64,000 bases of DNA from Azolla caroliniana (taxonomy: Eukaryota > Plantae > Polypodiophyta): assembly GCA_043228905.1 (NCBI GenBank), contig JBHGNT010000004.1, forward strand, positions 14,818,001 through 14,882,000, given 5' to 3'. Of the stretch, positions 1-12,678 are shown one piece after another. The translations under genes were made by a program, and so were the position numbers. Under the pieces are notes generated by a model. The model had not been told where the DNA came from. It saw only the letters and a list, made by a program, of their open reading frames with translations, and made no database searches. Within the stretch, counting starts at the first letter, position 1; the number at the start of each line of letters is the position of its first letter.

Positions 1-777
1 ATAAAGTTTTGGGTGTTCTATTGTGATGTGATGATGTATACAAGGGGAGAAAAGCATGGAAAAGTCAAGTTTTACTATAGTTGGGGATTCTAGTGGAAAT
101 GCTTACAAGAAGAAAAACTGAAAAGAAAATTAAGACGGTGAGATTTAGCATTGAAACAAAAGGGTCAAGGGTTCAAACCTTGCCAAAAGCGAAGGAGGGG
201 AAGGGATCAGCTATAATGCATAAGTGATAACAAAGAAGTGTGCGGCAAATGCAAATATATGGATATATGTTTTGTCAAAATGATAAGGACAAGTGCATGC
301 TCAAAAGGAAAATTGTTGACCATGTAAAAAGAGAGAATACTATTTTATTTTATAAGAGAGCTCCTAAAACCTATTTAATGAGCAAGAGAGGTCATTGTCA
401 AATTTGAATGCCCATGTTTTGTCAATAAACTTAATCATAAGGGTGCATGGGAGGCTTACTATGGTGGGGGCTCACATATTATGTAATTTGGGATATTTCA
501 ATTTTATTTGCCAAAAATCAAGTGAGCATGTAGTCTCTCATACTCTTTCTCTATAACATGCCACTACAAAATGCATGGCACATGGCCTTTTGGTCTCAAC
601 AAAATGAACGACACCAATTGGCCTCTCTCTCTCTCTCTATGAATTTTACTTTTCATCAATGTCTTATGTTGAGATATTAGATATCTTAGGCAAATGTTGG
701 GTGGCTAGATAATGGGAAATACCACATGTAAAGTGACTCCGTCCTCAAAAATACCTATTTGTTGTGTTTCATCCATA

Positions 778-1695
778 TGAATAATTTTAGCCCCACAACC
801 ACATTAGCAACTATTATAGGAAAGTGGAACTGATTGCAATAAATTCATCCTTGTTCAAATTTCAAGTATTGGCATAGCACAAGGGAGATTGGAACACATA
901 AACAAGAAAGGAAACTTCTAAGTGATCTTGACAATGCCCTACATTGCATATGGTGCTCAGTGAATAATTTTAGCCCCACAACCACATTAGCAACTATTAT
1001 AGGAAAGTGGAACTGATTGCAATAAATTCATCCTTGTTCAAATTTCAAGTATTGGCATAGCACAAGGGAGATTGGAACACATAAACAAGAAAGGAAACTT
1101 CTAAGTGATCTTGACAATGCCCTACATTGCATATGGTGCTCAGTGAATAATTTTAGCCCCACAACCACATTAGCAACTATTATAGGAAAGTGGAACTGAT
1201 TGCAATAAATTCATCCTTGTTCAAATTTCAAGTATTGGCATAGCACAAGGGAGATTGGAACACATAAACAAGAAAGGAAACTTCTAAGTGATCTTGACAA
1301 TGCCCTACATTGCATATGGTGTTCAGTGAATAATTTTAGCCCCACAACCACATTAGCAACTATTATAGGAAAGTGGAACTGATTGCAATAAATTCATCCT
1401 TGTTCAAATTTCAAGTATTGGCATAGCACAAGGGAGATTGGAACACATAAACAAGAAAGGAAACTTCTAAGTGATCTTGACAATGCCCTACATTGCATAT
1501 GGTGCTCAGTGAATAATTTTAGCCCCACAACCACATTAGCAACTATTATAGGAAAGTGGAACTGATTGCAATAAATTCATCCTTGTTCAAATTTCAAGTA
1601 TTGGCATAGCACAAGGGAGATTGGAACACATAAACAAGAAAGGAAACTTCTAAGTGATCTTGACAATGCCCTACATTGCATATGGTGCTCAGTGA
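778..1695. repeat. Tandem array, 5 near-identical copies of a 183-bp unit
   Basis: TGAATAATTTTAGCCCCACAACC starts at 778, 961, 1144, 1327 and 1510. The array ends at TGA 1693-1695. Only one substitution was noticed (GGTGTTCAG near 1322 vs GGTGCTCAG). Confidence 0.97.
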
Positions 1696-2670
1696 CCACT
1701 TTCTACGTACTTGAAAATGTAATGTAGAATAGCATATTCTATATGTAAATATATGTAAAAGGTGGGCCACATCTTAAGATATTTCAAAGTATATTAAATT
1801 TCCACTATAACATTTTCTAGAAGTCTATTAGATGGCCCCAAATTCAGAGAATGGGAGCTAAGATAGCAAGAAGTGGAATCCTTTGTTATTTTGCATGCCA
1901 AAAATGAAACTTCCTTGTACACCACTTAGAAAGTAAAGTTGTTCTTAGGGTTTCTCTTTGCTTTTCAAAATTAATTTCGAACCTAGAAAGAAGACAAGAG
2001 AATTTGATCTTGTTTTTGCTGAAGGTTTTGAGGACACCCTACACTTATTTAATAGTTCACGATATGTCTTTGGCACCTCTATGAGGACATTTAAAAAGTT
2101 TCTATTCTATATTTTTGTCTTATATTCATTGTTGGCTTGATAAAACCATTAATTTTGAATAACAAGTTTATTGTTCACGGTAAGAGGTAGTTGAACAAAC
2201 CTTTAAAATTTTAATCTCATGATTAACTTATTTGTAATATATGTGTTGGAAAAAATCTAAGTCTCGCTTATATACTAGAGTTTCTTGAAATACATGGCCT
2301 AGTAAATCAAAAGGTAGTCTAATTTCTCTCAGTTTGTGTGGAAGGAAAGGTAGAGATCAAATTGGGCAAGCATTTGGACTCCCATCAGAAACGTTTTTGC
2401 ATCTCAACTTCATTGAATGTCCAGAAATCCCATTGGTTATTTCCTACTACAATACACACCATTTAGAACTTCATAGAACCAAGTTTGATATTTAACACTT
2501 CAAAAGTTCCCAATTGTAGTTATATATGTTTTTGTAATGCATTACAAAACACATGCAAGCTAAGTCTCTTGGTAAGAGATAACATGCCTGTTAAGAATTA
2601 GGTAAGTAATTAAGCAAGGATTAATTAGTACCTAATTATGTGATTAGTTGATAAGCGGAAGATTAACTGA

Positions 2671-2682
2671 TATGTGTGTGTA

Positions 2683-2745
<63 letters not shown>

Positions 2746-2752
2746 AAGAAAG
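2671..2752. repeat. Compound microsatellite (TG)n(AG)n(AAAG)n at the LINE 3' end
   Basis: Directly visible. Confidence 0.95.
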
Positions 2753-2934
2753 ATATATTAACGTCTTCTAAGGCCAAATTTGGCCCATGAGACAATTGGT
2801 TTACAACAAAAGAGTATTTATCCAGTCATCATAACTAAAATAAAATAAAGTAAAAAATACAACTTAAACTAAAAGAGTTCTAGTAGTGTACAATACATAG
2901 TATACTCGAAAGTGACTATACACTAAGCCTAATT

Positions 2935-3464
2935 TTATTTCCACCCAAGCCTCTCGAAAAGAAGTGGGGGGTCAAAGGGTCTTGATGTGGGTGTGACCCG
3001 TGGTTCCAATGTAGAGAGTGCCCTAGCCATGGCTTCTAGGCGGTGTAGGTCACGTTCCCTTATTTTCAATATTGCTTCCACATCACGTCGAGTTGCTTTG
3101 AAACCCGGCACCTGAGGACGTCTGGTTCTTCTCTGGTTTTCTGCCTCATCAATGGAAAGGCCAAGTGGTGCAAGTGTGTCGACATTCGTTGTCTCCCCCT
3201 GTTCCTAAAAAACTTCATTTGTTACATGTTCGTGATCATTAGCAACATTATTGTCAACATTTTGTAACTTATTCTCTCTGTGTTGTTTTAGCTCTAGAAT
3301 GTATTTGCCTAATTTCTTTATATCTAGAGTATCTAATAGTTTGGGGAGGGTGGGAGACGAACCAAGTATGTCTTGGTATTTTGCCCTTATCTTGGCATAG
3401 GTTGGACACTTGCATGTAAAGTGGTACTCATCCTCTATCTCTATGTGACATAACCTATATAGCT
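2935..3464 (-). pseudogene. LINE ORF2 C-terminus (degenerate CCHC zinc knuckle and tail)
   Basis: Hand translation gives LYRLCHIEIEDEYHFTCKCPTYAKIRAKYQDILG...FERLGWK*. This continues ...ENGRTSGVPREE, which breaks at ~8220. One internal stop. Confidence 0.85.
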
Positions 3465-5507
3465 CCTGTGGCGAGACTCCTCCATTAGTAGAAGTCTGAT
3501 TCTACAGGTAGACAGTTGTCCTCACGGCTTCAGCCCAATAGAATTTCAGCATATGCTTCTCTTTAAGCATTGCCCTGGCCGCTTCTTCGATTGTCTGATT
3601 CTTCCGCTCGGCCACGCCGTTCTGCTGTGGCGTGTATCTACACGAGAATTCGCATCAAATTCCCTCCTTCTGTAGATAACTTGTGAACTGGTCGGAGAAG
3701 TACTCCTTCCCACCATTGGACCGTAGGCATTTGATCTTACGCCCTGTTTCACTTTCCGCAAGGCTCTTCACCTTCAGGAAACATATGAAGACTTCGCTCT
3801 TCTTCGTGATCATGCATACCCATGTGTGCCGAGTGAAGTCGTCGATGAAGGTTACAAAGTAACGGCTTCCATTGAGACTCACATTCTGTGCCGGTCCCCA
3901 CACATTCGAATGGATCAAATCCAGCGGACTTCGACTACGATTACGCTCATTGGGGAATGGAAGTCGGTGTTGTTTTCCCATCTGATAGGCTTCGCAGACT
4001 TGGCCATTACGGCCCCAAAATTTCGGTAAGCCGAAAACAATGTTCTTCGTCTGCATCTCACGAAGCCGTGGGAAATTTACATTGCTGAACCGCTTGTGCC
4101 ACAGGTCGATATCCGATTCGACCTTTTGTCCTTTCGTGTACAACGCGATGCTGACTTGATTAGTGTCGAGGATAAACATCCTCCCTTCACGGTGCCCTTG
4201 CGCGATTACTTTGCCTTCCTCTTCTATGAAGCAGCCGAGATGCGTGAATCAAACCTGCATTCCGTAGTCAACGATCTGACCGACTGACACCAGGTTCTTC
4301 GTTATTGTCGGGACGTGCAACACGTTCATGAGTTTCCCTTTCTTCCCGACGTGGCTATGGGGAACTTCGCTGACATGTTCGATGGTATGCGGAGTGTCGT
4401 CTCCCGTTTCGACCACTCTTGCGATTCTAGTTTCTCCAAGTACGTGAACCATTACTTGTGACTTGTCATCTGATTTGACGCTCCGGAATCAACATACCAC
4501 ACCTCGCTCGATTTCAAGGTGTTCATGGGCATAGAATTGGCCTTATGCTTCATTACGAAGGTTGGGTCCGATTTGTTTACGGCTCGTTCAGAGCCTTCTG
4601 CATAGTGCGATCTCTGGCGCCTCACTATGTCTCTTCGGCTTGATCCAGCTTTGTCCGAATCAGCTCGCTTTTTCTAGCACTCGCTCTCCTTGTGGCCTTT
4701 CTTGCCACAATACCAGCATTTCGACGCGGCCTTCTCTTGCCGGCTTCCGGCGCCGCCATGACTCCCCCTCCTTATGGAGGGTCCGGAACTGTTATCGGCA
4801 TTTTGATTATGCCGCTTGTTCTACACTTGTCGGCCGCCTCCATTGCGCGCCGATCCACCTCGTCCACCATGACGATGGGGCCTATCTTCCTCCATGTACA
4901 ACATCTTGTCGTTGGCGTGCGTACTTGTCGACGCACCCGCGTGATTTTCCTCCACAAGCAACATTGACTGAAGCTCGAAGAACGAAGGGGTATTCTCCCT
5001 CGTACAAACCGCTGTTCGGAAGGCTCCGAACCTGGACGCTAGCCCACCAAGGAAAACTTGCACCATTTCATCTTCCTCAACGTTCACGTTCACGGAGGCG
5101 AGAGAATTGCATATTTCCTTGATTTGGGACGTGTAATCAGCCACAAACAGATCTTTTTGCCGGACATTGTTGAGCTCCTGCCTGAGCTGCAGCTTCTTGG
5201 CTATTGTGCTTGCGGCGAAAATCTTTTTGAGATTCGCCCACGCGTCCTTTGGTGTCTTAGCATCCCGAATATAGCTCAATAGTTGGTCGCTCACACAGGA
5301 TGCAAAGCAGTAGAGAACTTTGCTTGCCGCTTGTTCCCAAGCCGGAAAATCTCTGTGTGTCGAATCAGGTGCTACGTCATTAGCTCTTTCGACATAACTC
5401 TAGTAGCCGTGACCGAGCAAGTACTGGTGCATCTTGTACGACCAAGATGCATAGTTGCTCCTCTCGAGCTTTTCAGTTGGTAGCGAGCTTCCCATACCTC
5501 TGTCCAT
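3457..5507 (-). pseudogene. Ty1/copia gag-protease-integrase (5' half), disrupted
   Basis: Motifs KLERSNYASWSYKMHQY, CWYCGKKGH zinc knuckle, WYVDSGASN protease, LWHKRF GAG-pre-integrase, SRYFVTFIDDFTR and WAEAVRT. Contains stops and frameshifts. Confidence 0.93.
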
Positions 5508-5606
5508 ATTACTGTCTTTTTCTTTCCGGAAAAAAAACAAAGAACAACTTCAACTCTGTTTTGTCGCAAGCTTTTCTTGTCGACTGCAGAGGACTTCAAC
5601 CCTCAC

Positions 5607-5618
5607 GCTCTGATACCA
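5607..5618 (-). other. Primer-binding site (tRNA-iMet)
   Basis: TGGTATCAGAGC on the minus strand immediately after the LTR end. Confidence 0.92.
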
Positions 5619-6011
5619 TGTAAAAGAATACATGTGTAGAAGCGTGTCCGTAAACACAGAGTACACAGTTCGGTAAACGTAGAAAACACAGAGATGGAGA
5701 GACAGAGAGAGAGCAGACAACTCAATTATATTTCAAAAATAATGACGCTCTGTACATTCTTCGTGCTCAGTGAGCACCTTTTATACAAGCCCTGACTATC
5801 GGGCTGACACAAGTACTGACAATACTTGACTGCTCATAAATGAGCCTGCTACACTAACTCCCAAAATTATTCCTTACGAGGAATATCATACTAACGGCCT
5901 TTTGGTTTACGCACCGATACAGCCACGTTATGGGTACTGTTTTACGCACCCAGTCTACACACTGGGTTACACACCGTATTACGCACCCAATGTTGAGCTT
6001 GTCACTAAACA
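5619..6011 (-). repeat. Copia 5' LTR (~393 bp)
   Basis: TG...CA ends, adjacent PBS, and homology to the LTR at 46007-46428 (GACAAGCTCAACATTGGGTGCGT...). Confidence 0.88.
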
Positions 6012-7067
6012 GTTCCGACAGATAGTTGGAAGCCTCATATATCTGAGCATCACCTGGTCATATCTCAGCTATCTGGTCGGATTGATTAGTCAATTCATGG
6101 CGCATTCGACTGTGGAGCACCTTAAGTGCGCGCACCGAATACTCAGGTATGTTAGCGGCACTAAGGACAGGGGGTTGTTGTATTGGACCGGTGTAGCCGA
6201 ACAACTTGTTGGCTACACGGATGTGGATTGGGCCAGAAATGCCGGTGACCGCACGTCTAAATCTTGCTATGCCTTCTCACTTGGAAGCACGGTGGTCGCC
6301 TAGAGAAGTAAAAAGCAACCGACAGTAGCATTGTTGAGCACCGAGGCCGAGTACTGAGGAGCAGCTATCACAATGTGCGAAGCCATATGGCTAAAAAGGC
6401 TAGTCAAGGATCTGTGTGTGGAGGTACTCGATCCGACAATGATCTATTGCGATAACCTCACCAACATCCAATTGGCTAAGAACCCTGTCTTTCACGCCTA
6501 GACAAAGCACATCGAGGTGCACTACCATTTTGTCCACAGGCGCGTTCTTTTCGGTGAAGTGGAACTGCTGCATGTTCCGATGGATCAGCATGTAGCTGAT
6601 ATCTTCACCAAACCCCTCGGCTTAGACAAGTTGCAGCAATTTTCTGGTGCATTGGTCTGCAATACCTCGATATGCCAAACTTGAGGGGGGAGGAATGAGA
6701 AATACGACCGAAAAGCCGTGTTAGAAATTGGCCCAATTAAAGAAGTCGGAGTGCACGGGTAAATTGAGAAAACCGAGACCAGAAGTAGGGGGAGCCACCA
6801 GAACGGAGAGCCCAAGCTGGAGCCAACCGAAAAAGGGGGAGGCAAAGCTGAAAAGATCGAGACACGAACGTGGGATGATGTCGTGAATGGTCTGGGAATT
6901 GAAGACAAATTGGGGACAACCGATTCAGTTGAGAGTAGAAATGAATTGGATGCACTCGATTCAATCGAAATGATCGATTTGGAGGATCTGAATCTATGAT
7001 GGGCCAAGCGGACAGAAAGGCAGCCGACGACGATGCCGAGATGGAGAAACCAACGGGTCGAGGGACG
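6012..7067 (+). pseudogene. Copia RT C-terminus, RNase H and 3' extension fragment
   Basis: Motifs [46 protein letters not shown] and ADIFTKPL. Confidence 0.92.
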
Positions 7068-8219
7068 ATTTCGGGAAGAAGCCGAACTTGACATACTTGA
7101 GGATTTTCGGTAGCATTGGATATGTGCATGTGCCAAAGGAAAAGAGGAGGAAGTTGGACGCCAAAGCCGAAAAGTGCATCTTAGTCGGCTATCCAGACGA
7201 GCAGAAGGGGTATAAATGTTATAACCCCCGAACAAAGGGAGTACGCATAAGTCGAGATGTCGTGTTCGACGAATCCGCTTCATGTTTACCTACCTTCACC
7301 TCCAATACCTCACGACTCCATTCTGAATTCTGAGGAAGAAGTCAGCGAGGCTGAGATGTCTCTGCATGATGAGGAAATCGGAGCTCTGAGAGAGAGTCCG
7401 ATCTCATTTCGGCTAAGTGGGCCGAATGAAGGGTTGAGCCGAAATGACCAACCTATTGAAGAGACGACGAGTAGTGGAGACTCGGCTGTGATGTCCCCGT
7501 GTAAAGAACCGAGGAGATGGTTTACGCGTAAATAGAAGAGCATGAAGAAAATGCCGGAATACAACTTTGGCAGTGTTGAGTCAGATTGGAGCGAGTCTGA
7601 CTACGGGCAAACTGATAAGGAACCTCCATGGAAGAGGTCGACAGTAGCCAAAAAGGTCGTGAAATCGGGTAATCACGAATTACGCCGATCTACCCGCCTC
7701 AAGAACCTCGTAAAGAGATACGGGTATAATGAGTACATGGCGCACCATTACGCGTACATGACGCGAGTGGCGGAAGTGCGTGAGCCGGAGAGCTACGCAG
7801 AAGCAGCAAAAGACGCGAACTGGCATACCACGATGGAGGAAGAGATGCACACTCTAACTGATAATGAGACTTGGGACCTAGTTGACACACCGAAGGGTGT
7901 AAAGTCGATCGGATGTAGGTGGGTGTATAAAGTGAAATACAATACCGACGGCTCAGTCAATCAATACAAGGCCCGCTTAGTGGCGAAAGGCTACGCGCAG
8001 AAGCATGGCATGGACTACGACGAGACCTTCGTGCCTATCGCAAAGATGACTACCGTGCGTGTTCTACTAGCCGTAGCTACGACAAAGGGGTGGCACTTAC
8101 ATCAGATGGATGTAAAGAACGCGTTCTTGCAAGGTGATCTTGAGGAACAGGTGTACATGGTACAGCCCCCCGGATTTCTATCTGAACAAAACACCTTGGC
8201 AATTTGCCGACTGAAGAAG
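7068..8219 (+). pseudogene. Copia integrase C-terminus and RT N-terminus fragment
   Basis: Motifs FGKKPNL, KLDAKAEKCILVGY, QKGYKCY, YKARLVAKGYAQ and QMDVKNAFLQGDL. Ends at CRLKK. Confidence 0.93.
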
Positions 8220-10231
8220 TTCCTCCCTAGGGACTCCACTAGTACGGCCATTCTCAATCTCAAGTTGGTGAGATGATATTCTAAGTTGTCCAATGGCAAC
8301 CCTTAGTGCATGTGGTAAGAATACATCTAGATATTTTGGCCGCGTGATAAAACCTAACTCAGAGAAGTGCATGAAGTGTTTCTTATAGTATGACATTTTA
8401 GATGGGAGTGGCTCTAGTGGGGTGATCCATTTACACCGAGTGTAAATTTGCCATATTTCTTGGCGTATTACTTTATTGCGGTCCTCATGAGAAATTAAAG
8501 TGTTATCACTCATGTGGTTGTACCTAAGGGGAGGCAGGTTATTAATGTCTAGACCATTCGCAAGAAGCCAACTCACCATCATGCCATACCATGAGCTAGT
8601 ATAGCTGGACTCATACAATGATCGAGAGGCCTTAAAGGCTTGATGAGATATTCTATCATGTGGTTGGCTATGTATCCTGTGAATGAAGACTACAAGTTGA
8701 AAAAGTGCCTCTACTAACATTGATGGTAACGTGAACTCAGCCCTAATAATGTCATGTGGTACAGTCGATTTGCTTCGGAGTTGGCGTGATAACATCATCA
8801 CCAATGGTCTCTCTAATTGCGTCCACATGAAAGATGGTAATCTTGGAGCCCAAACCGCTGATGCATACATGAGGGAGGTGGTCACTAATGAGTCAAAGAG
8901 CCACCCTTTAGTCCGTGGCTCTTGAAAGTGTGCTTGGTGGCATTGTCTCTCTAGGAGTGAGAGGGATGCATGTCCTCTCGTGAGTCTATCCTTTGTTGCC
9001 TGTGTCATCGAAAATTTACCTGAGCGGGCACTAAAAGTGACTCCGAGATAGACGTATGATCCAACCACCTCGACTGGGCTATGGGAGATAGTTAGGTGAC
9101 ACTTAGCTCTAACTTGGGCCGATGTGTGGAAGATAAGGACTTTCGTTTTCCCTAGATTCACTACCAATCCTCGTTGTACACAAAAGTCATCTAAGGCATT
9201 AAGGTGCCTTTGTAGGTCGTGTTCGGATTCAGAGAGCAAAACTATGTCATCCGCATAGAGCAAGATACGAACCTGCGTATCCCCAAGGACCACTCCGGTG
9301 CCTCCCTCACGAGCAATAAAATCTGTGATCTCATCAATGTAGATCCCAAAAAGCGTCGGTGATATGGGGCAACCTTGTTTTACACCAATAGTGCTAGTGA
9401 AACGATTAGATAGGCCACCTGGGCATCGGACACACCCGGACACTTGTTCATATAGTGCGTAGATGGCCAATACCATATCATCTGGTATCCTCAAGCTTTT
9501 AAGTCTATCAAACAACGCTCTCTAGGGACTGTGTCAAAGGCTTTGCGGAAGTCCACAAAACAACAATATAATTTCTTCTTGCGAGCCTTAGTTTGGTCAA
9601 TTAGGCATCTAAGTGTGAAGATATGATCAATAGTGGAGAAGGCTCATCTAAAGCCAGCTTGTTCAGGGGCACGAAAGTTTAGGGTCTCCATATAGTCGCT
9701 AAGCTTTGCTTCCATTACTGCACCATATAACTTAGCAAGGGTATGGCCTATCATAATGGTCCTATATGTATTTGGGTCCATGGGGTCCCCCCCTTTATGT
9801 ATGGGGGCCACTGTATTCATAGTCCACTGTGGTGGAAAACCCTCCGCAAGGGCACGATTGAAGATTAGAGTTAGCAAGGGAGCTAGGCACTCTCTCGCAT
9901 ATATAATGTGTTCTGCTCGCTATCCTGTGTGGTCCATGGACTTCCTATGTTGTAATTTCTTTATGACCTTCACGACCCTAGAGGTCGTGAAAAGTGTCCC
10001 CGTGGTAGGCCGGGGTGTGGAAGGCATTGGAATGGGTGGTTGGTTTGGGATTTGGTAAAGTCTCTCTGTATATGTGTGCCAAGTTTCGGGATCTTCGATG
10101 GGTGTTTGTGGTCTTGGCTCCCGTAGTCTCTTCCATGCCGTGGCGCAATCACTACTCATGAGCATATGGTAGAGTTCCCAATATTGGGATGCCTCCCACG
10201 CTCGTCTCTTACGACGTGTCATCTTGCGCAT
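8220..10231 (-). pseudogene. LINE ORF2 reverse transcriptase region (frameshifted)
   Basis: Motifs PIHKGGD...NTYRTI, EQAGFR, CFVDFRKAFDTV, GVKQGCPISPTLFGIYID, LLYADDIVLL and LRISSHQLEIENGR. Confidence 0.95.
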
Positions 10232-10298
10232 TTCTTTGCGAGCTTGTATGGAGGTAATACTACCATTGAGTTGCGATACTGATCATCATGTAAGTTGT

Positions 10299-11453
10299 CT
10301 ATGTAAGTCCTCTATGTAAGTCCCTACAATCCTCATCATACCATTTATTTTGTGGCATTGATCCTAATCTACCTTGATTTGAGTGTTTTGTATATGGGAA
10401 ACTGCTAGCTGCTGCGGAGTGAAGGATGTGTGTGAGTTTCGTACTAAGGCTTTCTAACGGTAGGGAGGGATCAAGGGAGGGGAGATGGGCCTGAACATGT
10501 TGAGAGTATATGTCAGAGAGCTCATGTGTGAAATGTATTGTGGTGTGATGGCATGGTTGACTAGACTTGGTGACCTTAGAGATATCACATTTTAGCTCGA
10601 AGTATAAGAAACTATGGTCTGCGCCAATAGGGCATGGGGCCACTCGGAAGGAGTTAATCATGTGGGTAGCTTCAGAGCGTCCTATTAGATAATCAACTGT
10701 GCTTTCCCCTCCTCCATGTGGGAAACATGTGAGCTCTTCCGAACCCGGCCACTTAACTAAACCATTATATATGACCATCTGGTGCCGACTACCAAGTTCG
10801 AGCAGATGATGGCCAAAGCTCGTAGTGTCCGCACCTTGATCCTTTGATCTACGTGTGGTGCCTATGTCTAAAGGATCAACATTTACCATTTCTAGGTTTC
10901 TATTCATCTGAAATACTGTGCATTGTCGGGATTGGGTTCTTGCATTGAAGTCTCCTACAAGAAATACTTCTCCTTGGGAAGAATATCGGATTATGTCATC
11001 CGATAGGGGTTCGTATGGGGAAGGCCCATGTGGCATTCCTTCATCGACTAATCTTGCCAAGCCACCAATATTATAACGGGATCCTTTTGGGGGAAAGTAA
11101 CAAATGGCGAAAAATACTGCCTGGTCTTTGCTTGTGGAGACTTTCACCCACATAAAACGAGCTTCTAGGTCTATCTTCATTATTTCTATCCTATTATGTA
11201 GCTCTCTACGAAACAGTATCGTGACACCTCCAGATCCCCTAGTAGTGTGTCGACGTGAGGTTTGTCTAAAAGTGGACTCCCAACGGAATCCTTCGACCCA
11301 TGGGAGTCCTCTATTTGGGCTCTGATGTGTTTCTACCAAGAAAAGTATATCAGATACCTTTAGTATCTCCTCTAGGCGGCCGGGGTGTGCCCAGAGTGCA
11401 CCGTTACAATTCCATAAGGGCATCCTAAGTGCATTTTCTGTCACATGGGCCAC
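10299..11453 (-). pseudogene. LINE ORF2 apurinic-type (APE) endonuclease domain
   Basis: Motifs WNCNG, LVETH, CYFPP, LVGDFNART, STVDY and GADH. Confidence 0.93.
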
Positions 11454-11459
11454 ACGCCG

Positions 11460-12272
11460 TCAATTAGTAGTGCGATCATTTATGATCACTCGCCCGTCTC
11501 GGTAAAAGGTGCGATGGCCTTCTTTATGAGCTTGCATAACTCGTGGTATACAACTCTTGCGATGCTCAATTTGCATCTTAGTGAGGTCTTCATCAAGATA
11601 GATGGGGTCCCCACCCATTCCTCGAAGGATTGGTCTCTTCTTAAAGAACGTGATTCTAGAGTCTAAGTCTTTAAATTGAAGGACCAAGGCTCTCTTCCTA
11701 GTTGTGTCACGCCTGACCCTCCATGCTTTGGTGATAGGTAGGGCCTCTGTGTACCCTAACATTTTCCCAAGTGTTTGTGCATCCTCATTTGGGGATGCAC
11801 CTTCCTTGAGCCCAGTGACACGTACATTTAAGCGTTGGGCCTGACGCATTTTCTCTTCTTCAAGGGTGGTATTAACAATATTTTCATCTTTTATTTCTTT
11901 TTTAATGTTTCTTTTAACCACATCTACCCAACCCGTTTTAGCTAACTCTATGTTATTATTAACTTCCTCTTTAACTTTTTTAATTTCGTCCTTTATATCC
12001 TCTATAGAGGATATTTCACCGTCTTCTCGAGATACCTCGATGTCCTTAAGTTGTTTTTTAAGGTCGGTGTTTTCCACTTTAAGTTGTTCTATTTCGGCCT
12101 TGAGGGCGTCTTTTTCCTCTCTATCTTTTTTCTTGTGGGTTTCGGCGTCTTTCACCCATTTTTTCATATCCATCTCTATTTTTGTTAAACGATTAAACAT
12201 ATCTAAAAAGTCCTCCTTACTTATAGCCTCGTCTTGTATATCCTTATGTTCCTTAGTTCGTTTAGACGTCAT
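11460..12272 (-). CDS. LINE ORF1 (coiled coil + RRM-like domain), 270 aa, open
   Basis: Heptad-rich N-terminal half, then RLNVRVTGLKE...AWRV...LVLQF...IYLDEDLT. Lies directly upstream of ORF2. Confidence 0.85.
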   Translation of the reverse strand: MTSKRTKEHKDIQDEAISKEDFLDMFNRLTKIEMDMKKWVKDAETHKKKDREEKDALKAEIEQLKVENTDLKKQLKDIEVSREDGEISSIEDIKDEIKKVKEEVNNNIELAKTGWVDVVKRNIKKEIKDENIVNTTLEEEKMRQAQRLNVRVTGLKEGASPNEDAQTLGKMLGYTEALPITKAWRVRRDTTRKRALVLQFKDLDSRITFFKKRPILRGMGGDPIYLDEDLTKMQIEHRKSCIPRVMQAHKEGHRTFYRDGRVIINDRTTN

Positions 12273-12638
12273 TGTGGTGTCAATAAGAAAAAAAGGTAAA
12301 ATAAATGGGTTCGAGACTTAGCCGAGTTTGTGTGTATGTCGCAATCACATCGGCATTTTGTAGCACGCGACGAGCACACCAAAAGAACCCACCCATGAAC
12401 TCGTCAAGAAAATGGCACTTCACAACGTCAAGAGAAAATGGAGAAGAAACACCCCGCGACAGCGACGGTGACGGCTGCAGACAACGGCTGCAAACGGTAG
12501 CAGACGGTAGTAGATAACAGTAGTCGTCAGACGACGACAACAACAATCGGCAGCAGACAACGGCTGCAGATGACGACGACGACAATAAACGGCAGAAAGA
12601 GCCGTTACACAGAGACGAGGAAAAGAGCAGAAAAGAGC

Positions 12639-12641
<3 letters not shown>

Positions 12642-12675
<34 letters not shown>
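12642..12675. repeat. (GA)n microsatellite at the LINE 5' end
   Basis: Directly visible. Confidence 0.95.

Positions 12676-12678
<3 letters not shown>

Larger units (their letters stand above)
2741..12641 (-). mobile_element. Non-LTR retrotransposon (LINE; ORF1 + APE-RT-CCHC ORF2), RTEX/L2-CR1-group-like, interrupted at ~3460-8219
   Basis: ORF1, endonuclease, RT and C-terminal zinc knuckle are collinear on the minus strand. The element is bounded by (GA)n tracts on both sides. Clade assignment is inferred from motifs. Confidence 0.88.

Noticed and set aside
1-777. Features in the first 0.8 kb and in 1700-2630
   Set aside because: AT-rich, with no ORF, terminal repeat or motif I can support.
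778-1695. CRISPR-like array or repeat-protein gene (183 = 61 codons)
   Set aside because: The units are wholly identical with no unique spacers, and no long ORF spans the array.
8178-8276. Functional overlapping LINE-RT/copia-RT genes
   Set aside because: The overlap is read-through across a rearrangement junction; both ORFs are truncated there.
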